Positions 10,333-21,468 of a stretch of DNA of 32,000 nt are shown piece by piece. Within the stretch, counting starts at the first letter, position 1, and the number at the start of each line of letters is the position of its first letter. A model generated the notes under the pieces. That model saw nothing but the letters and a program-made list of their open reading frames with translations, searched no databases and was not told the DNA's origin. This DNA comes from Acholeplasma laidlawii PG-8A (GTDB lineage Bacteria; Bacillota_I; Bacilli_A; Acholeplasmatales; Acholeplasmataceae). The position numbers and the translations under genes are program-made. The DNA lies in NCBI RefSeq assembly GCF_000018785.1, contig NC_010163.1, forward strand, positions 570,001 to 602,000, in the 5' to 3' direction.

Positions 10333-10345
10333 TTACACTGTTCGT

Positions 10346-10379
10346 GAAAAAGGTTCCGCATAAATGCGGAACCTTTTTC
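10346..10379. terminator. Bidirectional terminator between convergent genes
   Basis: Perfect 16-bp stem GAAAAAGGTTCCGCAT (10346-10361) / ATGCGGAACCTTTTTC (10364-10379). Confidence 0.9.
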
Positions 10380-11613
10380 ATATATTAGAATTTATTGAAT
10401 TTTGAATAAAATCTTTTTTTCTATAGTGGTTACTTATGAAGATTAGAACTAAAGAAATGAGGAAGAATATAACGGATGTATCAAACAATAATCTCGGACT
10501 ATAATCATATAAGAATGCACCAAAGATTGGTCCGATGATGGTGCCTACTGAATAGAATGATTGTCTAATTCCTAATGTAGTAGCAACATTATGATTACCT
10601 GAAAATTTAGAAATATGGTCTTGTTCTAGCGGTGTAAAAATAGCCTTGATTGCAATATATGCCATATACATTGTATATAAAAGTATAAGGAATAGACTAC
10701 TGCTTGATCTAAATACTGTGAAGATTAATACTGCACTTATAATTTGAAATACACTAATTAACTTCAATCTATGTTTAATATTCATAAATAGTGGTACTAA
10801 TATGATGCCTGATAATAATGAAACCACACCGGCAATCATTTTAAAATTACCAAGTTCTTTTGCTAGAAAACCTAAATCTTTAAAATAAACATCTAAGTAT
10901 TTTTCTACATTGGTAGAAGCAATCGTTATAAGTGTTAAAGCAACCAAGAAGTATAAGAGTTCAGGCTTGATGTTACGAACTTCTTTAAAACCTTCCCAAA
11001 ACTGAACACGTTTTTTGTTTGGATCAACAATTGTCTTTTTAGGTTTAAACCATATAGCAATTAGTACTGCAAAGAAACCAACGCTAATACCTTGTAACAA
11101 AAATGCATTGAAAAATATGTCTGTTCTAAATGCTTTTATAAAAAATGAGTTGGTATGAATAAAACCACCTAAAAATTGACCAATTGCACCACCTAAACCA
11201 ACTGCAGCAGCACCAAAAGCAATGTTTTTAGCACGTTTATCTTTATCTGATGTAATAATCATTTCTCCAGTTAGGATAGTTAATGCTGAAGCCATACCAA
11301 ACCCACTGATTAATCTAAATGCACTTAAAGTCCACATATCAAATACATGCCCTAGACCAAATAAGATTTGCATCAAACAATAAATAAGAATACCGATTAT
11401 CAAACTTATCTTTTTCTTATTATGATCTGCTAAATTACCCCAAAATGGTCCACCAAACATCATCCCTAAATTCATAAATGAAAAGAAAAAACCAAACATA
11501 AAGTTCGGTACCCCAATAGCTTCAACATAGTAAGGCATCAGTGGATGGTGTAGGTTGGTTACAATACCTTGTACAAAATATATAATTAAATAGAACAACA
11601 TAAATTTTTTCAT
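10378..11613 (-). CDS. Major facilitator superfamily transporter
   Basis: 411 aa, about 12 hydrophobic segments, GGPFWGNLADHNKKK loop 2-3 motif characteristic of MFS. Confidence 0.85.
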   Translation of the reverse strand: MKKFMLFYLIIYFVQGIVTNLHHPLMPYYVEAIGVPNFMFGFFFSFMNLGMMFGGPFWGNLADHNKKKISLIIGILIYCLMQILFGLGHVFDMWTLSAFRLISGFGMASALTILTGEMIITSDKDKRAKNIAFGAAAVGLGGAIGQFLGGFIHTNSFFIKAFRTDIFFNAFLLQGISVGFFAVLIAIWFKPKKTIVDPNKKRVQFWEGFKEVRNIKPELLYFLVALTLITIASTNVEKYLDVYFKDLGFLAKELGNFKMIAGVVSLLSGIILVPLFMNIKHRLKLISVFQIISAVLIFTVFRSSSSLFLILLYTMYMAYIAIKAIFTPLEQDHISKFSGNHNVATTLGIRQSFYSVGTIIGPIFGAFLYDYSPRLLFDTSVIFFLISLVLIFISNHYRKKDFIQNSINSNI

Positions 11614-11676
11614 ATATCTTCACACTCGCAAATGTCATTATAGCATAAGCTGTAAGCAGATAAAAATCATAAACAA

Positions 11677-11701
11677 AAAAGACATTTTTGAAATGTCTTT
11701 T
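11677..11701 (-). terminator. Terminator after the HAAS/DUF1700 gene
   Basis: AAAAGACATTT-TTG-AAATGTCTTTT stem; on the minus strand it is followed by a U-run (plus-strand A-run at 11675-11680). Confidence 0.75.
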
Positions 11702-11709
11702 ATGGTAAA

Positions 11710-12732
11710 TTATCGTTTAATATTGCGAGTTTTAAAGTATTTAATCCATCGTCTGAAGTATGAGATAAAACTCGTTAATAAGATGATACTAATTATAATA
11801 AATAAGATGATGTTTGCGATGTTTGTAATCGTAAGTAGGCTTGTTTCGAAGTAGTCTGCAAACATTACAAAGTTTTGAGGGAGTATGAGATTAGGTAGAA
11901 GTAATATGGTAACTAGGAATAAAGAACAGTAGAATTCTGAGATTGTACTAAATAATAAGGTGTAAAAGGACTCTTTGCCTTCATAAAATCTATAAAGGTA
12001 AGAAAGTATTGTAAGGATTGTTGAAGATATAATGAAGAAAGTAAATACACCTTTAAAGTCATTATTAAAGAACTGCGAAGTTTCACCGTTAATATGTAAG
12101 ACGAAGATATTTTCATAGTTAACAATAAATAAAGTACCAAATGTAATCATAAAGATAGAAACAAATATCAATTCAATTAAAATCTTTACTCTAGATTTTA
12201 AATGATCATCTGGTTCGAATTGAGGTACATCAGCTAAGTCTTTAACTTTCCAGTTATTTAATCTTGTATCTATCTTTTCTTTAATGCTTGGTATTTTATA
12301 GGACCAAAACGCGATAGTGATGATCGAAAATACACTAAATCCAAAAGATAAGACATTACCTGTCATATGTCCGATTAAGATTCCAACAATTGCACCTGGT
12401 TGGTTTACATCAAGTTCGGTTAGAGACGTTATAATTGCAGAAATTACTGCAAGTATCGTAGAGAATATAAGTGCTAGTTTTAAACTAAGTTTATAATCTT
12501 CATAAAATCTAGGTTCAACAACATGATTAGCACTTGAATGATATTGATATGCAACATCCATTGGATGACCTATCTTATGTAGAACCTCTTCAATATCGTC
12601 CTTAGTGTAATTCGGGTAACTTTGTAGCATATCCATAATGTTAGCCTCAAGTTCTTTTTTAATATCATCACGTTTTGCTTCTGGACAGCGGCGTGTGACA
12701 GAGTATATATATTTTTCGATCATTTTATCCAT
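11710..12732 (-). CDS. HAAS/DUF1700-like multi-pass membrane protein
   Basis: N-terminal KYIYSVTRRCPEAKRDDIKKELEANIMDML...IEEVLHKIGHPMDVAYQY helical domain followed by about 6 TM segments; directly downstream of a PadR regulator. Confidence 0.75.
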   Translation of the reverse strand: MDKMIEKYIYSVTRRCPEAKRDDIKKELEANIMDMLQSYPNYTKDDIEEVLHKIGHPMDVAYQYHSSANHVVEPRFYEDYKLSLKLALIFSTILAVISAIITSLTELDVNQPGAIVGILIGHMTGNVLSFGFSVFSIITIAFWSYKIPSIKEKIDTRLNNWKVKDLADVPQFEPDDHLKSRVKILIELIFVSIFMITFGTLFIVNYENIFVLHINGETSQFFNNDFKGVFTFFIISSTILTILSYLYRFYEGKESFYTLLFSTISEFYCSLFLVTILLLPNLILPQNFVMFADYFETSLLTITNIANIILFIIISIILLTSFISYFRRWIKYFKTRNIKR

Positions 12733-13065
12733 CTATTTAACCTCCTTAAATAAACTACTCATTTGTTTTTCGATTTGTAACCAAGCCTCTTTTAGGCTTT
12801 CTAAAACTTTGATACCTGTTGGATTGATCTTGTAGTACTTTCTTGGTCTGGATTCGGTTGTATCCCAAGTGGAATCAAGTAAGCCCTGTTCCTCTAGTCT
12901 GCGAAGTAAGGGATAAAGTGTCCCCGCTTCAATAGATACATTTTGAGATTCTAATTGTGCAAGTAAAGAATAACCATACTGACTTTCTTTTAATGCGCTT
13001 AATACGAATATAATTTGTGTACCTCGTTTTAACTCTGTAATTAGGTTGTTTATTATATTTTCCAT
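12733..13065 (-). CDS. PadR family transcriptional regulator
   Basis: LITELKRGTQIIFVLSALKESQYGYSLLAQLES...IEAGTLYPLLRRLEEQGLLDSTWDTTESRPRKYYKINPTG. Confidence 0.95.
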   Translation of the reverse strand: MENIINNLITELKRGTQIIFVLSALKESQYGYSLLAQLESQNVSIEAGTLYPLLRRLEEQGLLDSTWDTTESRPRKYYKINPTGIKVLESLKEAWLQIEKQMSSLFKEVK

Positions 13066-13086
13066 AATATGCTCCCTTCATTTTTA

Positions 13087-13116
13087 ATTATACTGTATGA
13101 CATACACTATTGTCAA
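13087..13116 (-). promoter_or_regulatory. padR promoter with internal operator-like dyad
   Basis: Minus strand: TTGACA (13116-13111), 18-nt spacer, TATAAT (13092-13087); perfect dyad TGTATG-A-CATACA (13094-13106) inside the spacer. Confidence 0.7.
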
Positions 13117-13147
13117 ATAAATAACATTATAAAATACATTATAAAAA

Positions 13148-13171
13148 AAGAGTTCCATACTAGGAACTCTT
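13148..13171 (-). terminator. Terminator after plsY
   Basis: AAGAGTTCC-ATACTA-GGAACTCTT; on the minus strand it is followed by TTTTTT. Confidence 0.8.
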
Positions 13172-13180
13172 AAAGGTGCA

Positions 13181-13882
13181 TTATTTAGTGATATTTTGTA
13201 TCTTTTTTTGACCGATTTTATTTTCTGTACCATTCATTAATCTAATAAAGTTTTTCTTATGCATATATATTATAAGAAGAACGATAAGTGATATAGCTAC
13301 TAAATTAATGATTTGTGATTCATAAGATATCGTTAGATTTGGAACAGGAATCCATATTTCTTTGATTAGAACTCCAATCCACATCATCACTGCTACAGAA
13401 AATGATGCTACAACTGAACCGATTGAAACATATTTTGTTGAAAATGCGACTATAAAGAATAGTCCAATACCGCTTAACCCGATGATTGGGTTGATTGCGA
13501 TAACAGCACCTACGCCAGTTGCTACAGCCTTACCACCTTTAAATCCAATATAAATAGATTTAATGTGTCCAATTGCAGCCGCTGCTCCAAATACAATAGA
13601 GATATCGTAAGTATCTGAAATTAAAAATAATTCTGGCATACCTAACATATATCTAATGATAATGATTGGTAATGCCCCTTTGAAACAATCTAATAAAAAT
13701 GTAGGTATGCCATACTTAGCGCCCAACACACGTAATACGTTAGTTGATCCTACGTTTTTACTTCCATGTTCCCTAATATCAATGCCTTTAAATAACTTAG
13801 GTATAATATATCCAAACGGGATTGCACCAATTAAGTAAGAACATATTATAGCTATTATAATCCATAAAATTTGCATATTCAT
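13181..13882 (-). CDS. plsY: Glycerol-3-phosphate acyltransferase PlsY
   Basis: SYLIGAIPFGYIIPKLFKGIDIREHGSKNVGSTNVLRVLG, FKGGKAVATG, multi-pass membrane protein; slightly long for PlsY (233 aa). Confidence 0.95.
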   Translation of the reverse strand: MNMQILWIIIAIICSYLIGAIPFGYIIPKLFKGIDIREHGSKNVGSTNVLRVLGAKYGIPTFLLDCFKGALPIIIIRYMLGMPELFLISDTYDISIVFGAAAAIGHIKSIYIGFKGGKAVATGVGAVIAINPIIGLSGIGLFFIVAFSTKYVSIGSVVASFSVAVMMWIGVLIKEIWIPVPNLTISYESQIINLVAISLIVLLIIYMHKKNFIRLMNGTENKIGQKKIQNITK

Positions 13883-13988
13883 TTACCTCGAATAAGATTA
13901 TATCATAAAGGTATAAATAATGTATATAAATGTAAACAAAGCATAAATAGCAAAAAAAAGTAAAAAATGTAAATTTAGCACATAAATC

Positions 13989-14017
13989 TTGACAGTGCTA
14001 TTTTTTTATTATACAAT
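13989..14017 (+). promoter_or_regulatory. hrcA operon promoter
   Basis: TTGACA (13989-13994), 17-nt spacer, TACAAT (14012-14017). Confidence 0.75.
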
Positions 14018-14021
14018 GATG

Positions 14022-14048
14022 TTGGCACTATGATAAAGCGAGTGCTAA
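14022..14048 (+). promoter_or_regulatory. CIRCE operator upstream of hrcA-grpE-dnaK-dnaJ
   Basis: TTGGCACTA-N9(TGATAAAGC)-GAGTGCTAA; 16 of 18 arm positions match the consensus, exact 9-nt spacer, located just after the -10. Confidence 0.95.
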
Positions 14049-14061
14049 AAGGGTGGTAAGC

Positions 14062-15090
14062 ATGATATCGTCAAGACAAAAACTCATCTTAAAAGCAATC
14101 ATTGATATGTATTCTGAAAAGGGTGAACCGGTAGGTTCTAAAGCCTTAATGGCGCTTCCATACTTAAATTACTCATCAGCTACATTAAGATATGATATGG
14201 CAGTTTTAGAAGAACTAGGTTTTCTCGAGAAGATGCATACTTCATCAGGTAGAGTACCTTCTGAACGTGGTTATCGTTACTATATTGAACATTTAGTGAC
14301 AAGGGATAATGATGTGACAGAAGTATTTCCTTTAATCGATGAAGTTTTTAGTAAAAAAGCACTTGGTCGTGAACACACGATTAAAGAAGCATTAAAGTTA
14401 CTAACCGATCTTACAAGCTACACAGCTGTTGCAGTAGGACCAGATATCTTACAATCTCATATTAAGCGTATTGAAATGGTACCACTTGGTTTAAAAGATG
14501 CAGTCATGTTAATTGTAACCGACACAGGGCACGTACAACATCAACAAATTCATATATCAGATGATATGAGAATGGATGATATTAAGGAAGTTATACATAC
14601 ACTGGATGACTTACTTAAGAATAGAACACTAGAAGATGCACTTAAGGTACTCAAAGAGGAATATGCAATTTCTGAACTGAATCAATTTATGAGCTATCAA
14701 AGTCAAATCATTGATTCATTCATTGAAGCATTTTCTAAATTTGCATCAGATTCCTTCTATTTAAGTGGTATGACGAATGCTTTTGAACAACCAGAATTTA
14801 ATGATGTTTCTCATATGAAACGATTTATAGATATGATGGATCGTCGTGAAATTGTGAAGTTGATTGGAACTGCTGAAGGCATATCAGTAAGATTTGGGTC
14901 AGATATGGAAATCAAACCCTTAAATCAAATGACAATCATTTCTATACCTTATCAAATAGATTCAAAACAAAAAGGAACGATTGCACTTGTAGGACCTTCA
15001 AGAATGTCTTATCAAAAGGTAATCCCCTTGTTAGAGTACATTGCAGCAAATCTAGCAAAACTATATAAAGACAATAATAAGGAGACTTAG
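14062..15090 (+). CDS. hrcA: Heat-inducible transcription repressor HrcA
   Basis: SSRQKLILKAIIDMYSEKGEPVGSKAL, SSATLRYDMAVLEELGFLEKMHTSSGRVPSERGYRYYI; track start 14053 is a GTG, the ATG at 14062 is likelier. Confidence 0.97.
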   Translation: MISSRQKLILKAIIDMYSEKGEPVGSKALMALPYLNYSSATLRYDMAVLEELGFLEKMHTSSGRVPSERGYRYYIEHLVTRDNDVTEVFPLIDEVFSKKALGREHTIKEALKLLTDLTSYTAVAVGPDILQSHIKRIEMVPLGLKDAVMLIVTDTGHVQHQQIHISDDMRMDDIKEVIHTLDDLLKNRTLEDALKVLKEEYAISELNQFMSYQSQIIDSFIEAFSKFASDSFYLSGMTNAFEQPEFNDVSHMKRFIDMMDRREIVKLIGTAEGISVRFGSDMEIKPLNQMTIISIPYQIDSKQKGTIALVGPSRMSYQKVIPLLEYIAANLAKLYKDNNKET

Positions 15091-15093
15091 AAG

Positions 15094-17482
<2,389 letters not shown>

Positions 17483-17491
17483 AAACTATGA

Positions 17492-17523
17492 CAAATAGGA
17501 AAGTATAAACACTTTCCTATTTG
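17492..17523 (+). other. Strong intra-operon hairpin between dnaK and dnaJ
   Basis: Perfect 13-bp stem CAAATAGGAAAGT (17492-17504) / ACTTTCCTATTTG (17511-17523), 6-nt loop, no U-run after it. Confidence 0.8.
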
Positions 17524-17546
17524 ACTAACATAAGGAAGCGATAATT

Positions 17547-18656
17547 ATGGCAAAAAGAGATTATTATGATGTGCTAGGTATATCAAAAAGTGCATCTCAA
17601 GACGAAATTAAAAAAGCTTACAGAAGTTTAGCTAAAAAATATCACCCTGACGTTTCAAAGGAAAAAGATGCTGAAACAAAATTTAAAGAAGTTCAAGAAG
17701 CCTATGATGTCTTAAATGATTCAAATAAAAAAGCACAATACGATAGATTTGGTCATGCTGGTACTGGACAAGATCCATTTGGTGGTGCTGGTGGTGGTTT
17801 TGGCGGATTTGGTGGCTTTGATGACATTATTAGCCAATTCTTTGGTGGTGGACAAACACGTAGAACACGTCAAACATCAAATGTTGGTGAAGACTTAAAT
17901 ATGCGTATGACCATCGATTTTATGGAAGCAGTTTTAGGTACAACAAAAAATGTTTCTGTAGATATCACTCAAGATTGTGGTCACTGTCATGGCTCTGGTG
18001 CAGAAAGTTCAAAAGACGTTCATACCTGTAGCAAATGTCATGGTCAAGGATTTATTAACGTAGACCAACGTACCATGTTTGGTACAATGAGAAGTCAACA
18101 AGTATGTCCACAATGTCAAGGTGAAGGGCAAACAATTGATAACAAATGTCATGTTTGTTCCGGTGCTGGACGTGTTAAGGCTAAAAAGACAGTGGATGTG
18201 AAAGTACCTGCTGGTGTCGATAATGAAATGACATTACGCGTACCAGGTTATGGTAATGGTGGTAGAAAAGGTGCTGAATCAGGTGACCTATACATCACAT
18301 TTAGAGTGAAACCACATAAAATATTTAAACGTCGTGGTTCAGATATCATTTTAGATGTACCTATTACATTTACGCAAGCTGCACTTGGAGACAAAATTGA
18401 TATACCAACTATTTATGGTGAAGTAGAGTTAACCATACCTGCAGGTATTCAATCTGGTACTGAACTTAAATTAAAAAATAAGGGAACAAAAGATCCAAGA
18501 ACTGGTAAGACAGGTGATCAACATGTTATCGTCAATATTGAGACACCTAAAAACTTATCTAGTGAGGAAAAGAAATTATTTGAACAGTTAAGTAAACTGG
18601 ATTCCCCAAGAAAGAAATCTGGTTGGGATAAATTCAAATCATTCTTTACAAATTAA
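17547..18656 (+). CDS. dnaJ: Molecular chaperone DnaJ (Hsp40)
   Basis: J domain with HPD (KKYHPDVSK), Gly/Phe-rich region, four CxxCxGxG-type zinc repeats. Confidence 0.98.
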   Translation: MAKRDYYDVLGISKSASQDEIKKAYRSLAKKYHPDVSKEKDAETKFKEVQEAYDVLNDSNKKAQYDRFGHAGTGQDPFGGAGGGFGGFGGFDDIISQFFGGGQTRRTRQTSNVGEDLNMRMTIDFMEAVLGTTKNVSVDITQDCGHCHGSGAESSKDVHTCSKCHGQGFINVDQRTMFGTMRSQQVCPQCQGEGQTIDNKCHVCSGAGRVKAKKTVDVKVPAGVDNEMTLRVPGYGNGGRKGAESGDLYITFRVKPHKIFKRRGSDIILDVPITFTQAALGDKIDIPTIYGEVELTIPAGIQSGTELKLKNKGTKDPRTGKTGDQHVIVNIETPKNLSSEEKKLFEQLSKLDSPRKKSGWDKFKSFFTN

Positions 18657-18676
18657 GAGGATTTTTCCTCTTTTTG
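18655..18676 (+). terminator. Terminator after dnaJ
   Basis: AAGAGGA-TTTT-TCCTCTTTTTG. Confidence 0.8.
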
Positions 18677-18708
18677 TTTTATAATGGATAAAGGAAGGAA
18701 GTGGCAAT

Positions 18709-19707
18709 ATGATACTTATAAAACATCATAATGAAGGTAATTTAGAACCATACTTTTATTTTGCATTAGAAAAATATGTATTAGAACATTTACTTAAAGA
18801 CAATGAAACCTATTTCTTCACCTGGAGAATAAAAGGCATTGTTTCAGGTAAGAACCAAGTCATTGAAAATGAAATTAATATTCCCTATGTCAAAGAACAT
18901 AATGTGAAATTCTTTAGAAGACCCACTGGTGGCGGATCTGTCTATGCAGATGAAAATAACACCATGTTTACAATTATTACCAAAAGAAGTGGACAAAACT
19001 TCTCATTTAAAAACTACTTAGTCAAAATCACTGATGCATTTAAAAAACTAGGTGTTAATCTAGATTTTAGTGGTAGAAATGATATCTTATTAGATGGTAA
19101 AAAGGTATCTGGTAATGCATTCTTACAAAACAAGTATGGTATGTTAATGCATGGAACTATGATGTATGATTTAGATATTGAAACGATGGTGCGTGCATTA
19201 AATCCACCGGATGAGAAACTTATTTCTAAAGGTATTGCAAGTGTAAGAAGTCGTGTAAACAATCTAAAACCTTATTTAAATGGAATGAGTCATGATGAAT
19301 TAGTTAGTTATCTTGAAACAGAACTAACAAGCAGTGTTTATGAAATCAATCAAGAAGAAGTAGAACAACTTAAAAAAGATGCTAAATTTTATGCAAGTTC
19401 AGAATGGCTATACCGTTCTCAACCAGAATATACTCAAAAGCTATCTAAACGATTTGATTGGGGACATATCGATATGCGTTTTAACATCAAATCAGGTATG
19501 ATTCAAAACGTAGATATCACTGGAGATTTCTTTGAGCTCAAAGAAGATTTAAAATCCCTTGAAAAACCATTATTAAACCAAGTTTGGAGCTATGCATCCA
19601 TTAAAGAAATTTTAAACAGTATCGAAGTAGATAAGATCATTTTAAACGCTACAAATGAAGATATCTTAGCACTCTTTGATAATGCTTTTATAGAGACAAA
19701 TAACTAA
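18709..19707 (+). CDS. lplA: Lipoate-protein ligase
   Basis: NVKFFRRPTGGGSVYADENNTMFTII, GRNDILLDGKKVSGNAFLQNKYGMLMHGTMMYDLDIE; 332 aa with C-terminal accessory domain. Confidence 0.93.
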   Translation: MILIKHHNEGNLEPYFYFALEKYVLEHLLKDNETYFFTWRIKGIVSGKNQVIENEINIPYVKEHNVKFFRRPTGGGSVYADENNTMFTIITKRSGQNFSFKNYLVKITDAFKKLGVNLDFSGRNDILLDGKKVSGNAFLQNKYGMLMHGTMMYDLDIETMVRALNPPDEKLISKGIASVRSRVNNLKPYLNGMSHDELVSYLETELTSSVYEINQEEVEQLKKDAKFYASSEWLYRSQPEYTQKLSKRFDWGHIDMRFNIKSGMIQNVDITGDFFELKEDLKSLEKPLLNQVWSYASIKEILNSIEVDKIILNATNEDILALFDNAFIETNN

Positions 19708-19716
19708 AAGATAGTT

Positions 19717-19784
19717 CATAGGTCAATTGGTTATAACATAATTACAATTTTTGTGATAAAATGGCTCAAACTAATTGACTTATG
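19717..19784 (+). other. Long stem-loop upstream of the YceD-rpmF genes
   Basis: CATAGGTCAATTGGTT (19717-19732) pairs with AACTAATTGACTTATG (19769-19784) as a 16-bp RNA stem with two G-U pairs; inner stem ATTACAA (19741-19747) / TTGTGAT (19751-19757). Confidence 0.6.
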
Positions 19785-19825
19785 AAGGGTTATTTAATAT
19801 AATTAACCAGGTTGAGGTGATATGT

Positions 19826-20260
19826 ATGAAAATAGAAACTAAACTACTTGAATCTAAAACCTTAATTGATAATCCAATCGACTTGAATTACCTTATCAAT
19901 GATGCAGCTGATATCATTTCATTAAATGATGTCAATGTTAAAGGCACAATCTATCGTAAGTATGATGAAGTCACATTTAATTTAACCGTTACACTTGATG
20001 TGGTACAAAAATGTACATATACACTAAAGCCTGTAACATACCCTTTAACATTTGATACAGAAATACTCTTTTCAAATGATTTAGAAACCTATGATTATGT
20101 ACCAACAGACATCATAGACTTGGATGAAGTCATCTTTGCAGAAATACTTTTACACAAAGAAGTAAATGTGTATCATGAATCAGCAAACCCTAGTGACTTT
20201 CAAGACCCCAAGGAAACCCATCCAGCTTTTAAGAGTTTAAAAGAAAAATATAAAGATTAG
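19826..20260 (+). CDS. YceD/DUF177 family protein (usual neighbour of rpmF)
   Basis: LIDNPIDLNYLINDAADIISLNDVNVKGTIYRKYDEVTFNLTVTLDVVQKCTYTLKPVTYPLTFDTEILF, immediately before rpmF. The ORF opens at 19775 (TTG), but the ATG at 19826, preceded by GAGGTGAT, is likelier. Confidence 0.8.
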   Translation: MKIETKLLESKTLIDNPIDLNYLINDAADIISLNDVNVKGTIYRKYDEVTFNLTVTLDVVQKCTYTLKPVTYPLTFDTEILFSNDLETYDYVPTDIIDLDEVIFAEILLHKEVNVYHESANPSDFQDPKETHPAFKSLKEKYKD

Positions 20261-20273
20261 GAGGTGAATAAAC

Positions 20274-20465
20274 ATGGCAGTTCCATTTAGAAGACAAAGT
20301 AAAGGAAGAAAACGCCGTCGTCGTTCACACTATAAGTTAAAGACTCCAACAATCGTAGTTGATCCACAAACAGGAGAATTTACCTTACCACACAGAGTCA
20401 CTCCAAACAGTGGCTATTATAAAGGTCAATTAGTATTAGCTAAAAAAGTTAAGAAAGAAGATTAA
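20274..20465 (+). CDS. rpmF: 50S ribosomal protein L32 (cysteine-free form)
   Basis: [58 protein letters not shown]; strong RBS GGAGGTGA. Confidence 0.95.
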
Positions 20466-20475
20466 CCTTTATTAA

Positions 20476-20501
20476 GAAAAAGCACGAGAAGTGCTTTTTT
20501 C
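20476..20501 (+). terminator. Terminator after rpmF
   Basis: GAAAAAGCAC-GAGAA-GTGCTTTTTTC. Confidence 0.8.
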
Positions 20502-20535
20502 TTTGATATAATATATACAAGATGAGGTAAGTTAT

Positions 20536-21435
20536 ATGAAACATATCAGTGTATTATTAAATGAATCGATAGAAGGTCTAAACATCAAACCAAACGGTAT
20601 CTATGTAGATGCTACTTTAGGTGGTGGTGGACACTCCCTAGAAATATTAAAAAAACTTGATAAAGGGCACTTATATGCTTTTGATCAAGATGCTTATGCA
20701 ATTGGTAGAGCAACCGAAAGATTAAAAGACTTTAGCAATAAAACATTTATTCAATCAAATTTTTCATTTATAAAAGAAAAATTAAATGAACTGGGCATAT
20801 ATCAAGTAGATGGTATTATTTTTGACCTTGGTTTATCCTCATTTCAAATTGATGATGAAACTAGAGGGTTTTCATATCTTAAAGACTATGATTTAGACAT
20901 GCGTATGAACAAGGATGCAACCCTAACAGCTAAAGAAATCGTAAACACTTATGAAAGACAAAAACTAGCAGATATCTTTAGAGCTTATGGTGATGAAGAA
21001 AATGCCTGGAAAATTGCAGGCATGATTGTAGATAGAAGACCACTAAACACAACATTAGAATTAGTTGAGATAACAGATATTGCTAATAAAGGCATGAAAG
21101 GGCACTCTGCTAAGCGTGTTTTCCAGGCTTTGAGAATCGAGGTCAACAAGGAGTTAGAAGTACTTGAAAGAGCCTTGAATAGCGCCTTAGAACTCCTTAA
21201 TATCGGTGGTAGATTATCCATCATTACCTTCCAATCACTAGAAGATAAAATGGTAAAATCTTTTTATAAAACACATAGTCAAATGGATTACCCTAAAAAC
21301 ATAGATATTAGAACATTTCCAAAGCCACCTTTAAAAATTATTACAAGAAAACCGGTACTACCTTCAGAAATAGAACTAGAACATAATTCTAGAAGTCGTT
21401 CTGCTAAATTAAGAATCGCTGAAAAGCAAAGCTAA
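20536..21435 (+). CDS. rsmH: 16S rRNA (cytosine(1402)-N(4))-methyltransferase RsmH/MraW
   Basis: HISVLLNESIEGLNIKPNGIYVDATLGGGGHS, GIIFDLGLSSFQID, FSYLKDYDLDMRMN, LSIITFQSLEDKMVK. Confidence 0.97.
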   Translation: MKHISVLLNESIEGLNIKPNGIYVDATLGGGGHSLEILKKLDKGHLYAFDQDAYAIGRATERLKDFSNKTFIQSNFSFIKEKLNELGIYQVDGIIFDLGLSSFQIDDETRGFSYLKDYDLDMRMNKDATLTAKEIVNTYERQKLADIFRAYGDEENAWKIAGMIVDRRPLNTTLELVEITDIANKGMKGHSAKRVFQALRIEVNKELEVLERALNSALELLNIGGRLSIITFQSLEDKMVKSFYKTHSQMDYPKNIDIRTFPKPPLKIITRKPVLPSEIELEHNSRSRSAKLRIAEKQS

Positions 21436-21439
21436 ATAA

Positions 21440-21468
21440 AAAACCTCGAAAAAATCGAGGTTTTATTT
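21440..21468. terminator. Bidirectional terminator between rsmH and the acyltransferase-Fur gene
   Basis: AAAACCTCGA (21440-21449)-AAAAA-TCGAGGTTTT (21455-21464). Confidence 0.8.

Noticed and set aside
17716-17898. Gly-rich repeat-like stretch in dnaJ
   Set aside because: It is the normal G/F-rich linker of DnaJ, not an independent repeat element.
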